From assembly GCF_004010195.1 (NCBI RefSeq), contig NC_057714.1, forward strand, positions 13,154,176-13,218,175: 64,000 nt of DNA, given 5' to 3'. Source of the stretch: Chiloscyllium plagiosum (lineage: Eukaryota). The position numbers and the translations under genes were made by a program. Below, piece after piece: positions 1 through 12,942 of the stretch; position 1 is the stretch's first letter, and each line of letters opens with the position of its first letter. The notes beneath the pieces were generated by a model. It searched no databases. It was not told the origin of the DNA and worked only from the letters and a program-made list of their open reading frames with translations.

Positions 1-1310
1 TTTAAATCTAATAGAATTATGGTCGCTGGACCCAAAGTGCTCCCCCACTGACACCTCAGTCACCTGCTCTGCCTTATTTCCTAAGAGTAGGTCAAGTTTT
101 GCACCTTCTCTAGTAGGTACATCCACATACTGAATCAGAAAATTGTCTTGTACACACTTAAGAAATTCCTCTCCATCTAAACCCTTAACACTATGGCAGT
201 CCCAGTCTATGTTTGGAAGGTTAAAATCCCCTATCATAACTACCCTATTATTCTTACAGATAGCTGAGATCTGTAAGTTTGTTTCTCAAGTTTGTTTCTC
301 AATTTCCCTCTGACTATTAGGGGGTCTATAATACAATCCCAATAAGGCTATCATCCCTTTCTTATTTCTGAGTTCCCCCCAAATAACTTCCCTGGATGTA
401 TATCCAGGAATATCCTCCCTTAGCACAGCTGTAATGCTGTCCCTTATCAAAAACGCCACTCCTCTCCTCTCGTGCCTCCCTTTCTATCCTTCCTGTAACA
501 TTTGTATCCTGGAAAATTAAGCTGCCAGTCCTGCCCATCCCTGAGCCATGTTTCTGTAATTGCTATGAAATCCCAGTCCCATGTTCCTAACCATGCCCTG
601 AGTTCATCTGCCTTCCCTGTTAGGCCCCTTGCATTGAAATAAATGCAGTTTAATTTATTCGTTGTACCTTGTCCCTGCCTGCCCTGATTGTTTGACTCGC
701 TTCTGTTCTCAACTGTACCCATCTCAGATTGATCTCTTTCCTCACTATCTCCCTGGGTTCTTCCCACCACCCCCCACCCCACCCTGCCCTTACTAGTTTA
801 AATCCGCCTGAGCAGTTATAGCAAATCTCCCTGTCAGTATATTAGTCCCCTTCCAATTTAGGTGCAATCTGTCCTTCTTGTATAGGTCACTTCTAACCCA
901 AAACAGATTCCAATGATCCAAAAATGTGAATCCTTCTCCCATACACCAGCTCCTCAGCCATGCATTCATCTACTCTATCCTCCTATTCCTCACTAGCTCC
1001 TAGCACTGGTAGCAATCTGGATATTACTACACTTGAGGACCTCCTTTTTAAATTTCTGCCTAACTCTCTGTAATCTCCCTTCAGAATCTTAACTTTTTCC
1101 CTTCCAATGTCACTGGTTCCAATGTGGACAATGACCTCCTGCTGGCCCCTCTCCCCCGTGAGAACATTCTGCACCCTCTCTGAGACATCCTTGATCTTGG
1201 CACCAGGGAAGCAACACACCATTCTGATTTTTCGCTGCTGGCTACAGAAACATCTGTCTGTACCTCGGACTAGAGAATCCCCTAATACAATTGATCTCTT
1301 GGAACCCGAC
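1..1310 (-). mobile_element. CR1/HER1 LINE 5' part: ORF1 SGNH-esterase domain and start of ORF2 APE endonuclease
   Basis: ORF 983-1417 has IVLGDSLVRG...CFPGAKIKDV...VIVHIGTSD (GDSL/SGNH blocks). ORF 447-782 has IYFNARGL...IAITETWL...YRKDR (APE endonuclease N-terminus). Confidence 0.9.
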
Positions 1311-1399
1311 ATATCCCATGTTGCACTGCTTCCAAAAGTTAAGCAAGTGGCTGGACTTAATGCAAGTCCTTTTGAATTTGTGAATGGCCAGCTACTCAC

Positions 1400-4300
1400 C
1401 TTTAAGCAAAGTAACATTAAATCTCAAGGAGAAAGTGACATATTGAAATCTTAACCTCAATACTCTTGACTGCAGAAGAGCATGTTATTCTTTGCATAAA
1501 ATATTCTAATCCATCTGAATCTTTTCAAAATGTTAGTCAATTTAACAAGTCACTTTCCTTATTTGAACAAAGCCCTATTACTAATACCTGTTTTAAAAAC
1601 ATATTTATTATACAGCATTACACTATGACATGTGGCATTTTTGTTACATTTTGAACTTAGTTGTGAATTGATTTTTGACTACAGACTTTGCTTAACCTCA
1701 CAACTCAGTGTAATTGCTTTGAAGTGGATTGAAAATGCCTGGTCCCATAATGGTGAAGACAAAGGCAGGATTGTTGTGAGCAGACCCACTAATAACCACA
1801 CTATTCTGGGTCCATAATAATCCTATATGACAGGAATGGGTCTGACTTAGCTGTGACTGGAATATTCAATCTCCACTGCACTTTGAGAAGGGCGCACAGG
1901 CTTTAGCGAGTCCACAGAATACTTTGCTGAGAATAGTTTTAAAGACAAAGGATTTCCATTTTGTGGGTAGATTGTTTTCCTTAGAGAAAAGGCAGTTGAG
2001 GGGCACTTTGATAAAAGGGTTCAATGCCATCAAGGATTTGGAAACGGAGAAACAGTTCCTATCTGTGTAAACCATTGGACTCTGAGTTAAGGTGAATGGC
2101 AAAAGAGTCAATGTTGACATGGGTTCCAATGATTTTTACCCAACGTGTGTTTAGGAACTGGAAATGAGCCTAAGTGTGTGGCGGAGGCAAACTCTGTTTC
2201 ATGTGATGCATAAAATGTCTACTGATGTGAAGGATGAAGAAACAGATGATGTGGGAGAAAGAAATTGATTATGCTGGTTTGATGCATTGATTTCATACCT
2301 ATCATATGTCTCCAGGAAACCACTGTGTACCAAGTTATTTATCCAAACATTTCCCATTCATACCATCACCTCCCACTCCTACTTTGTATAGAAAAAAAAT
2401 TAAAAGAAATCTTAGGCAACAGTATATTTACACGACAACATATAATTCTTTATATTTTTGAAAAAAAATAAGAAAAGTGTGCAAATTTTACATCCATTGA
2501 GAAAGGAAACTCCTACCGAGCTTCAAATTGCAGTTAGTGTATACAGAACTCTGCAATGTACAACCGTGTAACACTGAACACAAAGATAAAGCAGACTTAT
2601 TAATCTCTTTAATGAGGTTTGATTTTCCATGCTTGAGGACTCACCTATGAATCCTCCTAATTTACCGTGGCTCTTACAGCACTTCCAAAGCCTTGATTAC
2701 TTCCCTGGCTTTCACCCTTCGGTCAAGCGAAATCAAATATTATTTTGCAATTGTGAATTACTTCTTCATCCATTACTTTCCTCTGTGATATTGATCGTCC
2801 TCTGAATGGAAATCCACCAAGTCAAAACATTTTGATCTTCTAGATATTCCCGGTGAGTTGCAATTCTAGCTCTGTCAGTTTATTTAAATAATAGTTTCAA
2901 AATTCTTAAAGACACAATTGTTGAGACTATTGTCCTCTCGGTTGCTGAAATCCAACCTCACTGTTCTACTTTTGGTTTCTGCATTATTGTAATACTCAAA
3001 AGTTTCTTTAGCATTCTCAAGTTCAAACATCTCAAAAATGCCTTTTTTAATCTGCCATTTTGATCAATCTTGCGAAAGGATTTCCCATGTTGCAGAATAT
3101 GCCAAGTTATTTCCCCAGACAGAGTACACTGAATTATGGTTGAATTTGTGAACTACAGTATTTACATTTTAACGTGCTGTTATCCTCAGTGAAATCAATG
3201 AGTGATAGCCCTTGACTTCAATGTTTTGTTTCTGTTCCCATGTAGTTACCTGTGACTGTCATGCTCAGAAACCCTGAAACTTCATGAAAAGCAGGAATTC
3301 AATAGTATCCTCAAAAATCTCTTTGCAGCCACCTTGAGTTATCATGGAATAGAAATTTTTGACAAACATTGCCTTATAATCCTTTTTCTCTTTTGCTTTC
3401 TGCATTGCTTTAGTCTGCTCAGTCAGACTTTACTACACTTTGTTTCCATTGAGTCTCAATGCTTTTTCCAGACTTTTGGTTTCGAATATTATGTAACCAC
3501 ATTCTTGGAGATCCAATTCAGACATTTGTGATTGAAGGTTTTAGTTTTGGTGAAGAGGTTATTTTCAGAGTTTAGGGGCAAAATTTTCCGTTATGCAATT
3601 TAGGTTCAGCATTGAGCACAGAGTGAATACCACTTCTGCTTGTGGACAGGTCTTTTCTCATACGATTACGTGGTTTTCACCTCCTTACAAAAACTTGCAT
3701 GAATACCTCAGCAAATCTTGCAATGGAGACAGGTAGGAAATTTTCACTGGCGATGTTACTTCATGGGGTTGAAGATCCTGTGCCACACTTAAAGGTACCC
3801 AGACGGGCATTCACTCACTGCTAGCCAGCAGCATCTACTCAGCCTGCTCACGACCCAATCTCCTCGCAGAGATACCACACACAGGAAACAAATTGCTCCA
3901 TTTTCCTGCAACTCTTCACTACCTGACAATTAGTAGAAATGCAGGTTTTATTTGTCCCAACTCTACATTTGTGAGGCGATAGATGTGAAGAAATGGCAGG
4001 GATCGAACTGTTCAGCATTGTCTTTGGAACTTTCCCTCTGTCCCTGTCTCGGATACAGTTAATGCCCTTCATTTCAAACATCAATGCATTTTCTGATATC
4101 GCTAGGATTTCAATGTCATGGGAATGCCTGAACTATGGAGCAAAAGTGTTGACCTGTTGACTTCTGAGGGACATGCATTCCTGCCACCTCATTTAAAAAA
4201 AAAATTAACTCATGTTGCTAATCAACCCCTTTGGAGATGTTATTACACACCTCTGCAGCAGGAGGGACATGAACCCAGGCTTTCCAGTTCAGGAATAGGG

Positions 4301-4600
4301 ACACTACCAATGTACCCTAAAGGAAATCTGACCTGCCACAGCATGAACCTAAACTTTTCTATTACACTCAGGCTCAGATTAGAAAAATCTGCTGCATTCA
4401 ATTCAGTGAAAGGATTTTTCCATAATATGTGTTAATCTTTATCACCTAACTCTAATAAAGTTAGCACTTCCTATTCTCACTGGCCTATTCAAGATTCGTG
4501 CTCTTAATGTTGTAAAAATCTCACCTTCAACTCGGTTTACTCTATTTCCCTTACAGTGTATTATTTCCCACGACTGTTTTTTGTAACTCACTGTGCTGAT
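1400..4600 (-). pseudogene. Unidentified decayed gene: one large exon plus small exons
   Basis: Large purine-rich minus-strand segment ends at donor AG|GTGAGT (2645). It is followed by AG..GT-bounded segments 2517-2573, 2299-2378 (EWEVMV*MGNVWINNLVHSGFLETYD) and 1400-1469. Many stops. Confidence 0.35.
1930..2200 (+). mobile_element. CR1 LINE 3' fragment
   Basis: LFSLEKRQLRG-like ORF2 C-terminal motif, degenerate. Confidence 0.6.
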
Positions 4601-4864
4601 TATATTTTTTTTAAATTCCTTTAGAGGGACATCAAAAGCAAGCATTTATAGCCAGTTCCTAATTTCCCACAAAGTGATGGTGGTTATAATGGTAAACTGC
4701 CAAATTGAACTATTGCAGTTCATCTGGTGAAGGTACACCCACAATGGTACATTTCAAACATCAGTCAAAGCATTCATTAACTTTCTAAATTCTTGAAGAC
4801 ACAACCCTAGGTTGTACAAGAACTGCTTATAATTTAAACCTTGATGTCCAGGTGTCATTCATAT

Positions 4865-5152
4865 AATTGCAGTGCAGAAAGAGGCCGTTCAGCCCATTAA
4901 GTCTGCACCAACCCTACATAGAGCATCCCAGACCCACCCACACCACCCATAACCCCACAGCTACCACGGCTAATCCACCTAGCCAACACATCTTTGGACA
5001 GTGAGAGGAAACTGGAGCACATAACAGAAACCCAGGGAGACAAGGGAAGAGTACACAAACTCCACACATACAGTCACCCTAAGCTGGCCTCAAACCTAGG
5101 TCTCTGGTGCTGTGAGGCATCAGTGTTAACCACTGAGCCATCGTGTCACCCA
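4865..5152 (-). mobile_element. HE1-type V-SINE
   Basis: Reverse complement of tRNA-like head (gtggttaacactgatgcctcacagc), V-domain (tgtgtggagtttg) and CR1-derived tail. Confidence 0.85.
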
Positions 5153-6191
5153 ATTGTGGCAAATATACATTGCACTCCCTCTAATGTCAGTATATCCCTC
5201 CGTATGTGGGTTCCAGAACGGTCCAAAATATTCATAGATTGGTATAGCTGTGGCATGACTACTGCTCCCTTTTATTTTAAATATATAAGTAAGCATTCCA
5301 TTAGCCCATGTATATGATTTGCTGTAACTGTTTATGACATTGTAATAATCTAGTTACTTGCATGCCACATCTCCTTCCATCTCTATTAATTCTAGCCTTT
5401 TACTATTGGGAAAGAAAGGATAGATGAAACATCACAGATTTGAAACATTAGCTTCTCACATTGCAGATGCTGCCAGACCTGCTGAATTATTCCAATATTT
5501 CCTTTATGCATTGGAGAAGGAGTGAGGAGGAGGCCTGTGTAGGAATAGAACAAAGAATGCTCTGCTCAACTTACATAAAGAACAGCTGGGATCCACGGGG
5601 TGGATTTTGAGGTGTTGTTCAGAACGAACAGGGGGCAGAGTGGATTAAGAGCAGAGAAAAAAAAAAGAGTCGGATTCTTTGAGTGGAGTTATGGGCGATG
5701 TAATTCCTCAATCCATTTTAGAAAGGCGGGAGGCTTGGAAAGCATCACTCTCATTTACCGGAGCTGGAGATATTCTCCAAGAATTAGGCAGCTGGTTGCT
5801 GTACATTGACTGGGTCAATTGAACTCATCTGGACTGGGCGATCCCATGAAGAAAGCTATTTCTTGCAACATCAATAGCTTTGGAGATAAGTTGCCAACAA
5901 CAACATTTCAAGGATTCCTTGGTATGTTTGGTGTGATTAGACCTAATTTATTACAGCTCAATTGCCATGCAAAAGCTAGTTCCCAGTATAAATGACATGG
6001 CAAGAATACATTTTTAATGCCTTCGTTTACTCTCGATTAGGAGATAGAATATGTGTCAGATGTGAGTCAGTGCAAGGAAGTTCACTGAGTCACCTGCTGC
6101 AGGTTTGTTTAAGGACTGAGCTATGATTAAGTGAGGACCATCTCAATCCCAAAATGCAATCAGTTCTATTACCCTGATGCACAGTATGATT

Positions 6192-6518
6192 TTAGATTAG
6201 ATTATCTACAGTATGGAAACAGGCCCTTCAGCCCAACAAGTCCACACCAACCCTCCGAAGAGCAACCCACCCAGACCCACTCCCCGACCCTATTTACCCC
6301 TGACTAATGTACTTAATGCTATGGGCAATTTTAGCAAGGCCAATTCACCTGGTCTGCACATCTTTGGATTGTGGGAGGAAACCAGAGCACCCGGAGGAAA
6401 CCCACGCAGACACAAGGAGAATGTGCAAACTCCACACAGATAGTCATCCAAGGCAGGAATAAAACCCAGGTCCCTGGTTTGTGAGGCAGCAGTGCTAACC
6501 ACTGAGCCACCATGCCAC
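6192..6518 (-). mobile_element. HE1-type V-SINE
   Basis: Full-length copy with (TTAGA)n tail and tRNA-like A/B box head. Confidence 0.9.
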
Positions 6519-8699
6519 TCAGTTTGTCTGGTTGGCACTTAAAGCAATACTTTTCACTGTATCTCAGTACATGTAACAATTATAAATCAAATCTGATCAA
6601 ATCAAATCTCAGGAAGCTCACCTGGACAGAAAGCAGCTAACACCTCCTGCCTACCTACAATTGAATTAATATTATTTAGGAATAATTAATGTTAACATCA
6701 CGAACAGACTCTTTTTGGAAATGGATGCATTTAAACATTGGATTGTAAATTGTGTTGTGAAAGATAGCTTGATCTCAGAGCAGACACCTACATACTTGTT
6801 TTCCTAAGTGAGAGTTTAATGGTTGCTTTAAGATGAAAGCACCATGGTAACTTCCAGAGTGAGTTTTGTTATGTGGTGCTACTGATCACAAAGAAGCTGA
6901 TTATCGTGAGATTTGAAAGTTTTCCTTTCTGACGACATTAATAAAGGAAGGTGATGATGGATGAACGTGTCAGTACAATATCCCATTTCCTTGAAGTGTG
7001 GAGGATCTTGTAAACTGCATTGTCCTGTCTTGCTGCAACAGAGGACTGGGATAAATTGGCTTGCTGAAGTAAACAATACAGTTTTATACAGCTGTGCAGA
7101 GCTGGTTGGCTGGTGTGATTGATGGTCACCTGGAATGACCCTGTGGAATTATAGTTCAGTATTTCTGACCTCTCCAACCAGTGGTTCAGAAGCTGAGCAG
7201 GTCTAGTGACAATACTTCACAGGGCTGATTAATGGCTCAGTCTCCGATAATCCACTGTGAAAAGCATTCAATTTCTATTTTTAAAAGCACCTGCTGAATC
7301 ATTAAAGTCAGCTCTACATTTTCATCAAGTTATGGATTATGGTGGCTGTGCTTTATCTATTAATGAGGTGGCAATGTTAGCTAAAAAGAATAGGTGTTAA
7401 TGCACCATGTAAATAATTTATTGACATACATTTTCGGCCAGCTACCTCTGACATCATTTGAAGGTGGCATAAAGACACCTCAATTTCTAATCCACATTTG
7501 TACAGTATCCAAGATTGAGAGGTGGAGAGAAAGAAAATGCTAAGAATCTTACTTAACCATTGCATAAGACCCTGCATCCCAGTTTGAGGTAACAGTTTTA
7601 AGTGTCCATATATTACAATATTACAAGAACATGAGAATTATTCCTTAGTATATCTGTACAGATAATGAATGGATGAAATGTATTACTACTGGAGATTTGC
7701 TCTGAATAACCTAAGAATTGACAAGAAGTTGAATGGATAAGGGGGACTGCTGTGAAGTATTATTAATCACTGATTTATGCAACCTATTTGAATTCAACTC
7801 AGTGATACAAAAAGAACCTCTGATAATGAAGCAGACTGGTAGCTTAGCTAAACATATTTAAATCTGATGAGCATAGTCATTTCTCAGTTGGATTGCTGGG
7901 TCAGACAGCTTGAGGAGGTGGAGCCTCTGACCTCAGAGAAAGGAGCTCAGCCTGTTGGAAGCTTTCCTTCTGCCAGTTGTGTAAGGGGCTATACTGATGT
8001 CAAGCCTAGTTCACTGGGAAGCATCTGCCCTGTCTGTCCATTTGTCTAGCGATGGGAAGGTGCGCGGACCTCTGGGAACTTTTCACCCCTTGAATATTGA
8101 TTTGCCAATTTATCAGAATTGCTTATATTATAGCATAATGAACCTGGTAACATTACATTTCCACAATCTCTAATATTCAATCCTGACAAAGGGATTTTGA
8201 CAATCCTTTGAAGCAATTTACTCAAAATTTGGAGAAAAATGTTGTAACAAGTAGACTTTTGCTCCTTCAAGCAGAAAAGTAATTCACCAGTACAAAACAC
8301 AAACATGTATATATGCAAACATATAATGGTCTTAAATGAGGTAGTTAAACTGACCTGTAAAACACACCAAGTCCAGCATGTATGCTGTTAGCATAACACA
8401 AGCACTAATGTTAAGAATATTGCTTAAAGACCACACAGCACCCCCTGCACTTTTAAATAGCCTTTGGTTCCATAAAGAAAATAAGAAATCTCCCTTTCTT
8501 ATGTTCTTCCCAAACCTCAGGTCACTCATCAAATTCTCAGATTTTTGGCAGTAAAGCTTTTGAGTCAAATCATTGCAGGTTGTGTAGAGGTTTTCTGGAG
8601 TGGCTTGACCTCAAGTATTTTCCTTTCTCCTATTAGAAGAAGGCTCATCCAGTCCAGCTCAAAAAATTCTTGCCTGGGGAAATCACGTACACAGCTACT

Positions 8700-8945
8700 T
8701 CTAGTTCTCACTCCATTACACCACAGCAAGTTCCTCTCCAAATGACATACTATCCTGAGTTGTAATTGTACCACTGTTCCTTAACAGTCTTGGGGTCAAA
8801 GCCCTGAAACAACATGGTGGATCTCCCTACACTCCAAGCGATTCAAGAAGACACCTCACCACAACGTTCTTCAGAGCAATTAGGGATGGTGGAATAAATG
8901 TTGACCTAGCCAATGATGCACATGCCCCATGTACAAATAAAGAAC
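8700..8945 (+). mobile_element. L2/CR1-group LINE 3' end
   Basis: Tail gcaattagggatgg..aataaatgttgacc, shared with copies at about 24860, 34128 (reverse), 48495 and 58530. Confidence 0.7.
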
Positions 8946-10012
8946 ACCAACCTATTGTATACCACTCAAATCACAAAACACCTCTCAATTATATTTTTTC
9001 TTTGAGCAGTGAGGCAAAGGCAAACGTATTAATTTTACCAAGTCAATAATATAGAGGCGTATCTCCAATCTAAAACTATTTGCTGGCAAATTTCAAAAAC
9101 ACAGATAGGGTAATGCTTCTAACAAGTTTTAAATGCATTGGGAACAACTAAACATTTTCAATATGTTTAATCAATCTGTATAGGTATGTCATGACTCACA
9201 TTTGGGACTTGAACATCGGCCCACTGGCTCAAAGGTAGGGGCACTACACTGCACCAAACTGGTTAACAGTTTGTGATTGTTTCACCGTGATCTTAGTACC
9301 ACAGCTGATAGGCTTTCTGACAACTTTTTTGTGATTGTCATCCTGCTTTGAGCTGTCAGTGTCTTCCCGTTACTTTTGGAGAAGGGACCTAAAGTGAGAG
9401 CTTGAAAACAGTGGGAAAATGCATTACCTATTTGAACACTAACTCCTCACACCAATTGAAAATCTTGGTGCATGTACACACAATCTGTGCATGTGCCAAG
9501 GCAATCATCATATTTTCAAAATGTGCCTTTTTTCCCTTCTGTGGCCCAGGTTAAAAAGAAAGGTCCCAGCTTATCCAACCTCTCCTGAAAACTAAAAACC
9601 TGCAATTCTGGTAACATGTTTGTACTGCAGCTTCTCCTTTGCCAGTACCCATTCAAAAGATCATCTGCACGTGTGTGCAAAGACACCATAACATACAAGC
9701 GGTTATGTTCTTAGGCTCCTGAACCCTTCCTGTGGACCTAACTCTCACCCACTCCCTTTCCGTCTCCCAGCTCTGCAAAACTAAGTTTGGCAGCAACCTG
9801 GTCAATAGGCAGGTTAATCTGAACCACTCTGTAGCTTACGTTAAATTTATAAAGAAGCTGCCAGCAAAAAGATTCTTCTTGCCATGTTTTGGTCACATTT
9901 ACAGCTCACTCCAGACCGGATGACCTGCCAAAGCAGCAGGGAATGTAAGATGATTTTTGAGAAAATTAACTGCTAGAAAATCTCATCCTTCAGAAGGAAG
10001 CGAATGTACAGT

Positions 10013-10304
10013 GGGCGGCACGGTGGCACAGTGGTTAGCACTGCTGCCTCACAGCGCCAGAGACCCGGGTTCAATTCCCGCCTCAGGTGACTGACTGTGT
10101 GGAGTTTGCACGTTCTCCCCGTGTCTGCGTGGGTTTCCTCCCACAGTCCAAAAATATGCAGGTAAGGTGAATTGGCCATGCTAAATTGCCCGTAGTGTTA
10201 GGTAAGGGGTAAATGTAGGGGTATGGGTGGGTTACGCTTCGGCGGGTTGGTGTGGACTTGTTGGGCCGAAGGGCCTGTTTCCACACTGTAATGTAATCTA
10301 ATCT
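10013..10304 (+). mobile_element. HE1-type V-SINE (young, CpG-rich)
   Basis: gggcggcacggtggcacagtggttagcactgctgcctcacagcgcc...gggttcaattccc (A/B boxes), V-domain, tail ...taatctaatct. Confidence 0.92.
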
Positions 10305-11177
10305 TACAGAAATAAATAATCGTATATTTGTGGAGGAGTGAGATGCACATAATGTTAGCAGACAGTAACTCCCATCACAGCTGGTGGAGATCAAACATTA
10401 GTTTGACCGCGTAAAAAACACACTGCCGTAATATTTACAGGAATAAGTGGGAGGGTCTCTGACACTCAGATATGCATTGAGTTTTAATTATCAAACAACT
10501 GCAATTTTCATCACTGACTGTTTATAGCAAAGGGCAAGGAGAAATATTCAGCATTGGGCTAATACTAGAGTTTGCCTGTTGAACCCAGTGATAGAAAATG
10601 ATAAGCTGTTCAATTTGACAGGGAGAACAAAATAAAGTTAAACAGTGGTCAACTGTTGAAAACATTTAGAGAGATTTAAGTATTCTAGTGCACGCGTCAC
10701 AAAACATTCGTCTGTAGACACTGCAAATAGGAGACCGTGAGGACTGCAGATGCTGGAAAGTCAGACTCCTCCATAAAGTGTGGAGCTGGAAACTGGCCAA
10801 ACAGCATCAGAAGAGCAAGGGAGTCACACTTCAGGTCGAAAGTTCATTCCATATAGGCACCACCCTCTGTGTGAAAAGGTTGTACCTCAGGTTCCTTTTA
10901 AATCTTTCCCGTCTCACTGTAAACCTATGCCCCCTAGTTTTGAACTCCCTTTCCCTAGGGAAAATACCTTTGCTATTCACCTGATCAATGCCTCTCATCA
11001 TTTTATGAACCTCCATAACATTACCCCTCAACCTCCTATGATCCAGGAAAAAAAAGGTCCCAGCTTATCCAACCTCTCCTTATAACTAAAAACCTCCAAT
11101 CCTGGTAACAGCCTTGTATTCTTTTTTTACACCCTGTCCATTTTAATAATATCCTTCCTATAACAGGGCAAACAGAG

Positions 11178-11312
11178 CCATTCCTGATGAAAAGGCTTTT
11201 GGCCGAAATGTCGATTATCCTGCTCCTCAGATGCTGCCTGACCTGCTGTGCTTTTCCAGCACCACTCTAACCTTGACTCTAATCTCCAGCACCTGCAGTG
11301 CCCACTTCCACC
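11178..11312 (+). mobile_element. Short PLE-derived unit with hammerhead core
   Basis: ttcCTGATGAaaaggcttttggccGAAAtgTCgat (core at 11184-11208), followed by the pLTR tail seen on GIY-YIG-bearing copies at 26880-27320 and 37005-37715. Confidence 0.8.
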
Positions 11313-11323
11313 TGTACGAAGTA

Positions 11324-11541
11324 CAGTCAGTTCTACTATAACACCTAGTTCTGTTCTTGTGCAACCCCGTGTTATAAGAAAATTGCATATTAGCAGCATC
11401 ATTTAAACTAATAGGGCCAGAATCGCATTATAACCAATATACACTTCAAACGTTTGTGCTTTAGAAACAGTATCCCCAATTTGTCAATCGTGTTACAGCA
11501 AATTCGCATTAGCGAAATGCGCGTTATAGCAGAATGACCTG
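11324..11541. mobile_element. Tc1/mariner-pogo type MITE
   Basis: Imperfect TIRs cagtcagttctactataacac / gcgttatagcagaatgacctg, TA on both sides (11322-11323, 11542-11543), 218 bp. Confidence 0.8.
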
Positions 11542-11624
11542 TATTTAAAGTGTGACCTCACAAATGTCCTGTACAGCTACAACATGATGGCCCAACTCCT
11601 GTACTCATATCCTTCATTGTGACA

Positions 11625-12310
11625 GGAATTGAACATTACGTAAGGATGTTGTGCTTCAGGAGCATTGCTGAGATCAGATCGCAAAATCTGTGAAATTTTG
11701 GCCTCCATATTTAAGGAAGGATGTAAATACATTGGTAATGGTTCAGAGGAAATTTACTAGATTGGTTATCTTATGAAGAAAGATTGGGCAGGTTAGGTTT
11801 GTCTTCACTGGAGTATATAAGAGCAAGGGGTGATTTGATTGAAGTTCACAAGATCCAGAATGGTCTTTACAGGGTGGATGTGGAAAGAATATTTCTCCAT
11901 GTGTGTGAGAGACCAGAATTAGGCAAGTTTTAAAATTAGGGGTAGCCCATTTAGGATCGAGATGGGGGAATTTTTCTCTCACACGGTTTTGTGACTTTGG
12001 AACTCTGTTTCAGAAGTGGTGAAGAAGGGTCAGTGAATACTTTTAACTTGGAACACATTCTGATTATTTGGTGCAGTGGGTTTCCACTAGTGTTACCTTC
12101 TATTGCTAGATGAGTGAATATTAGGCAATAAAATGAGGCTTTTAACATGGAGGTACACAGATTCTTGGTAGGCTGGAGAATCAAAGGCTATCGTTGTCAC
12201 TGGGAAGACGGAATTCGAACACAAACAGATCAGCATTGATTTTATTAAATGATGGAACAGACTTGAAGGGTAGAATGGCCTATTTCTGCCTCTAATTTGA
12301 ATGTTCCTAC
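11625..12310 (+). mobile_element. CR1 3' fragment containing a 91-bp insertion
   Basis: CR1 ORF2 C-terminal and 3' UTR sequence. The insertion at 12048-12138 is flanked by cttttaac repeats. Confidence 0.75.
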
Positions 12311-12942
12311 TCCATAAGATGATGTGGAGACGCTGGAGTTGGACTGGGGGTGGACAAGGTCAAAAATCAAATGACACTGGGTGATAGTCTAACAGGTTTA
12401 TTTGAAATTGCAAGCTTTTGGAGCTCTGCTCCTTCCTCAGGGCGTGGTTATTTATGGTACCATCCAAATTTATTTCTTATTTACTACCTTACACTGAGAA
12501 GAACTGTAATGTTGAACTTCTAACTATTTTTTAATTTTTCTACTTTTTACCTAGGTACCTTGTATCTAAGATGGTGCCTTGAATGACGACGTTGTAAACT
12601 TTTCACTGTATCCCTGTACTTGAGTGCCCGCGACAATAATTGGCTAATTCTAACTTGAAGTGCAGGCAGCTATTTGGAGCATGTTACAGAGTGCTGCTGC
12701 TTTTGTGTGCAAAGTGCTCCCTCTACAGTTGTGGCAAGGAAACTCAAAAATGGTGTTAGTCAGGACACATCGAAAGGGAAGACTACCTGGAACATAGCCT
12801 GTATTACTCCAAATCAGCTCCTTCTGACTCATTCCAGAGGGAATTCCCTCTCAGTGCCCTGACTGGAATATGTTCTGATTATTTGGTGCAGTGGGTTTCT
12901 GCTATTGCTACCTTCTCTTGCACTAGGCCACAAAATTTGGCT

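Larger units (their letters stand above)
10840..11610 (-). mobile_element. CR1 3' fragment interrupted by a PLE unit and a MITE
   Basis: ORF 10831-11031 FKTRGHRFTVRRERFKRNLRYNLFTQRVVPIWNEL is the CR1 ORF2 C-terminus. CR1 sequence resumes after 11543. Confidence 0.85.

Noticed and set aside
2299-2378. GAR (GAS2) domain resemblance, VMV*MGNVW...GFLETYD versus VMVRVGGGW...GFLLKYD
   Set aside because: Needs a 3-residue gap, lacks the GGG motif, and the exon order does not fit GAS2-family genes.
6213-6579. ORF-track ORFs over HE1 SINEs (also about 10.0, 16.3, 28.9, 31.6, 38.0, 53.3 and 62.4 kb)
   Set aside because: Recurrent peptides such as LHIFGLWEET and WLALLPH are chance translations of the SINE consensus.
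10013-10090. tRNA genes at the heads of HE1 copies
   Set aside because: A/B boxes are present, but each continues into the V-domain and LINE-derived tail. These are SINEs, not tRNA genes.
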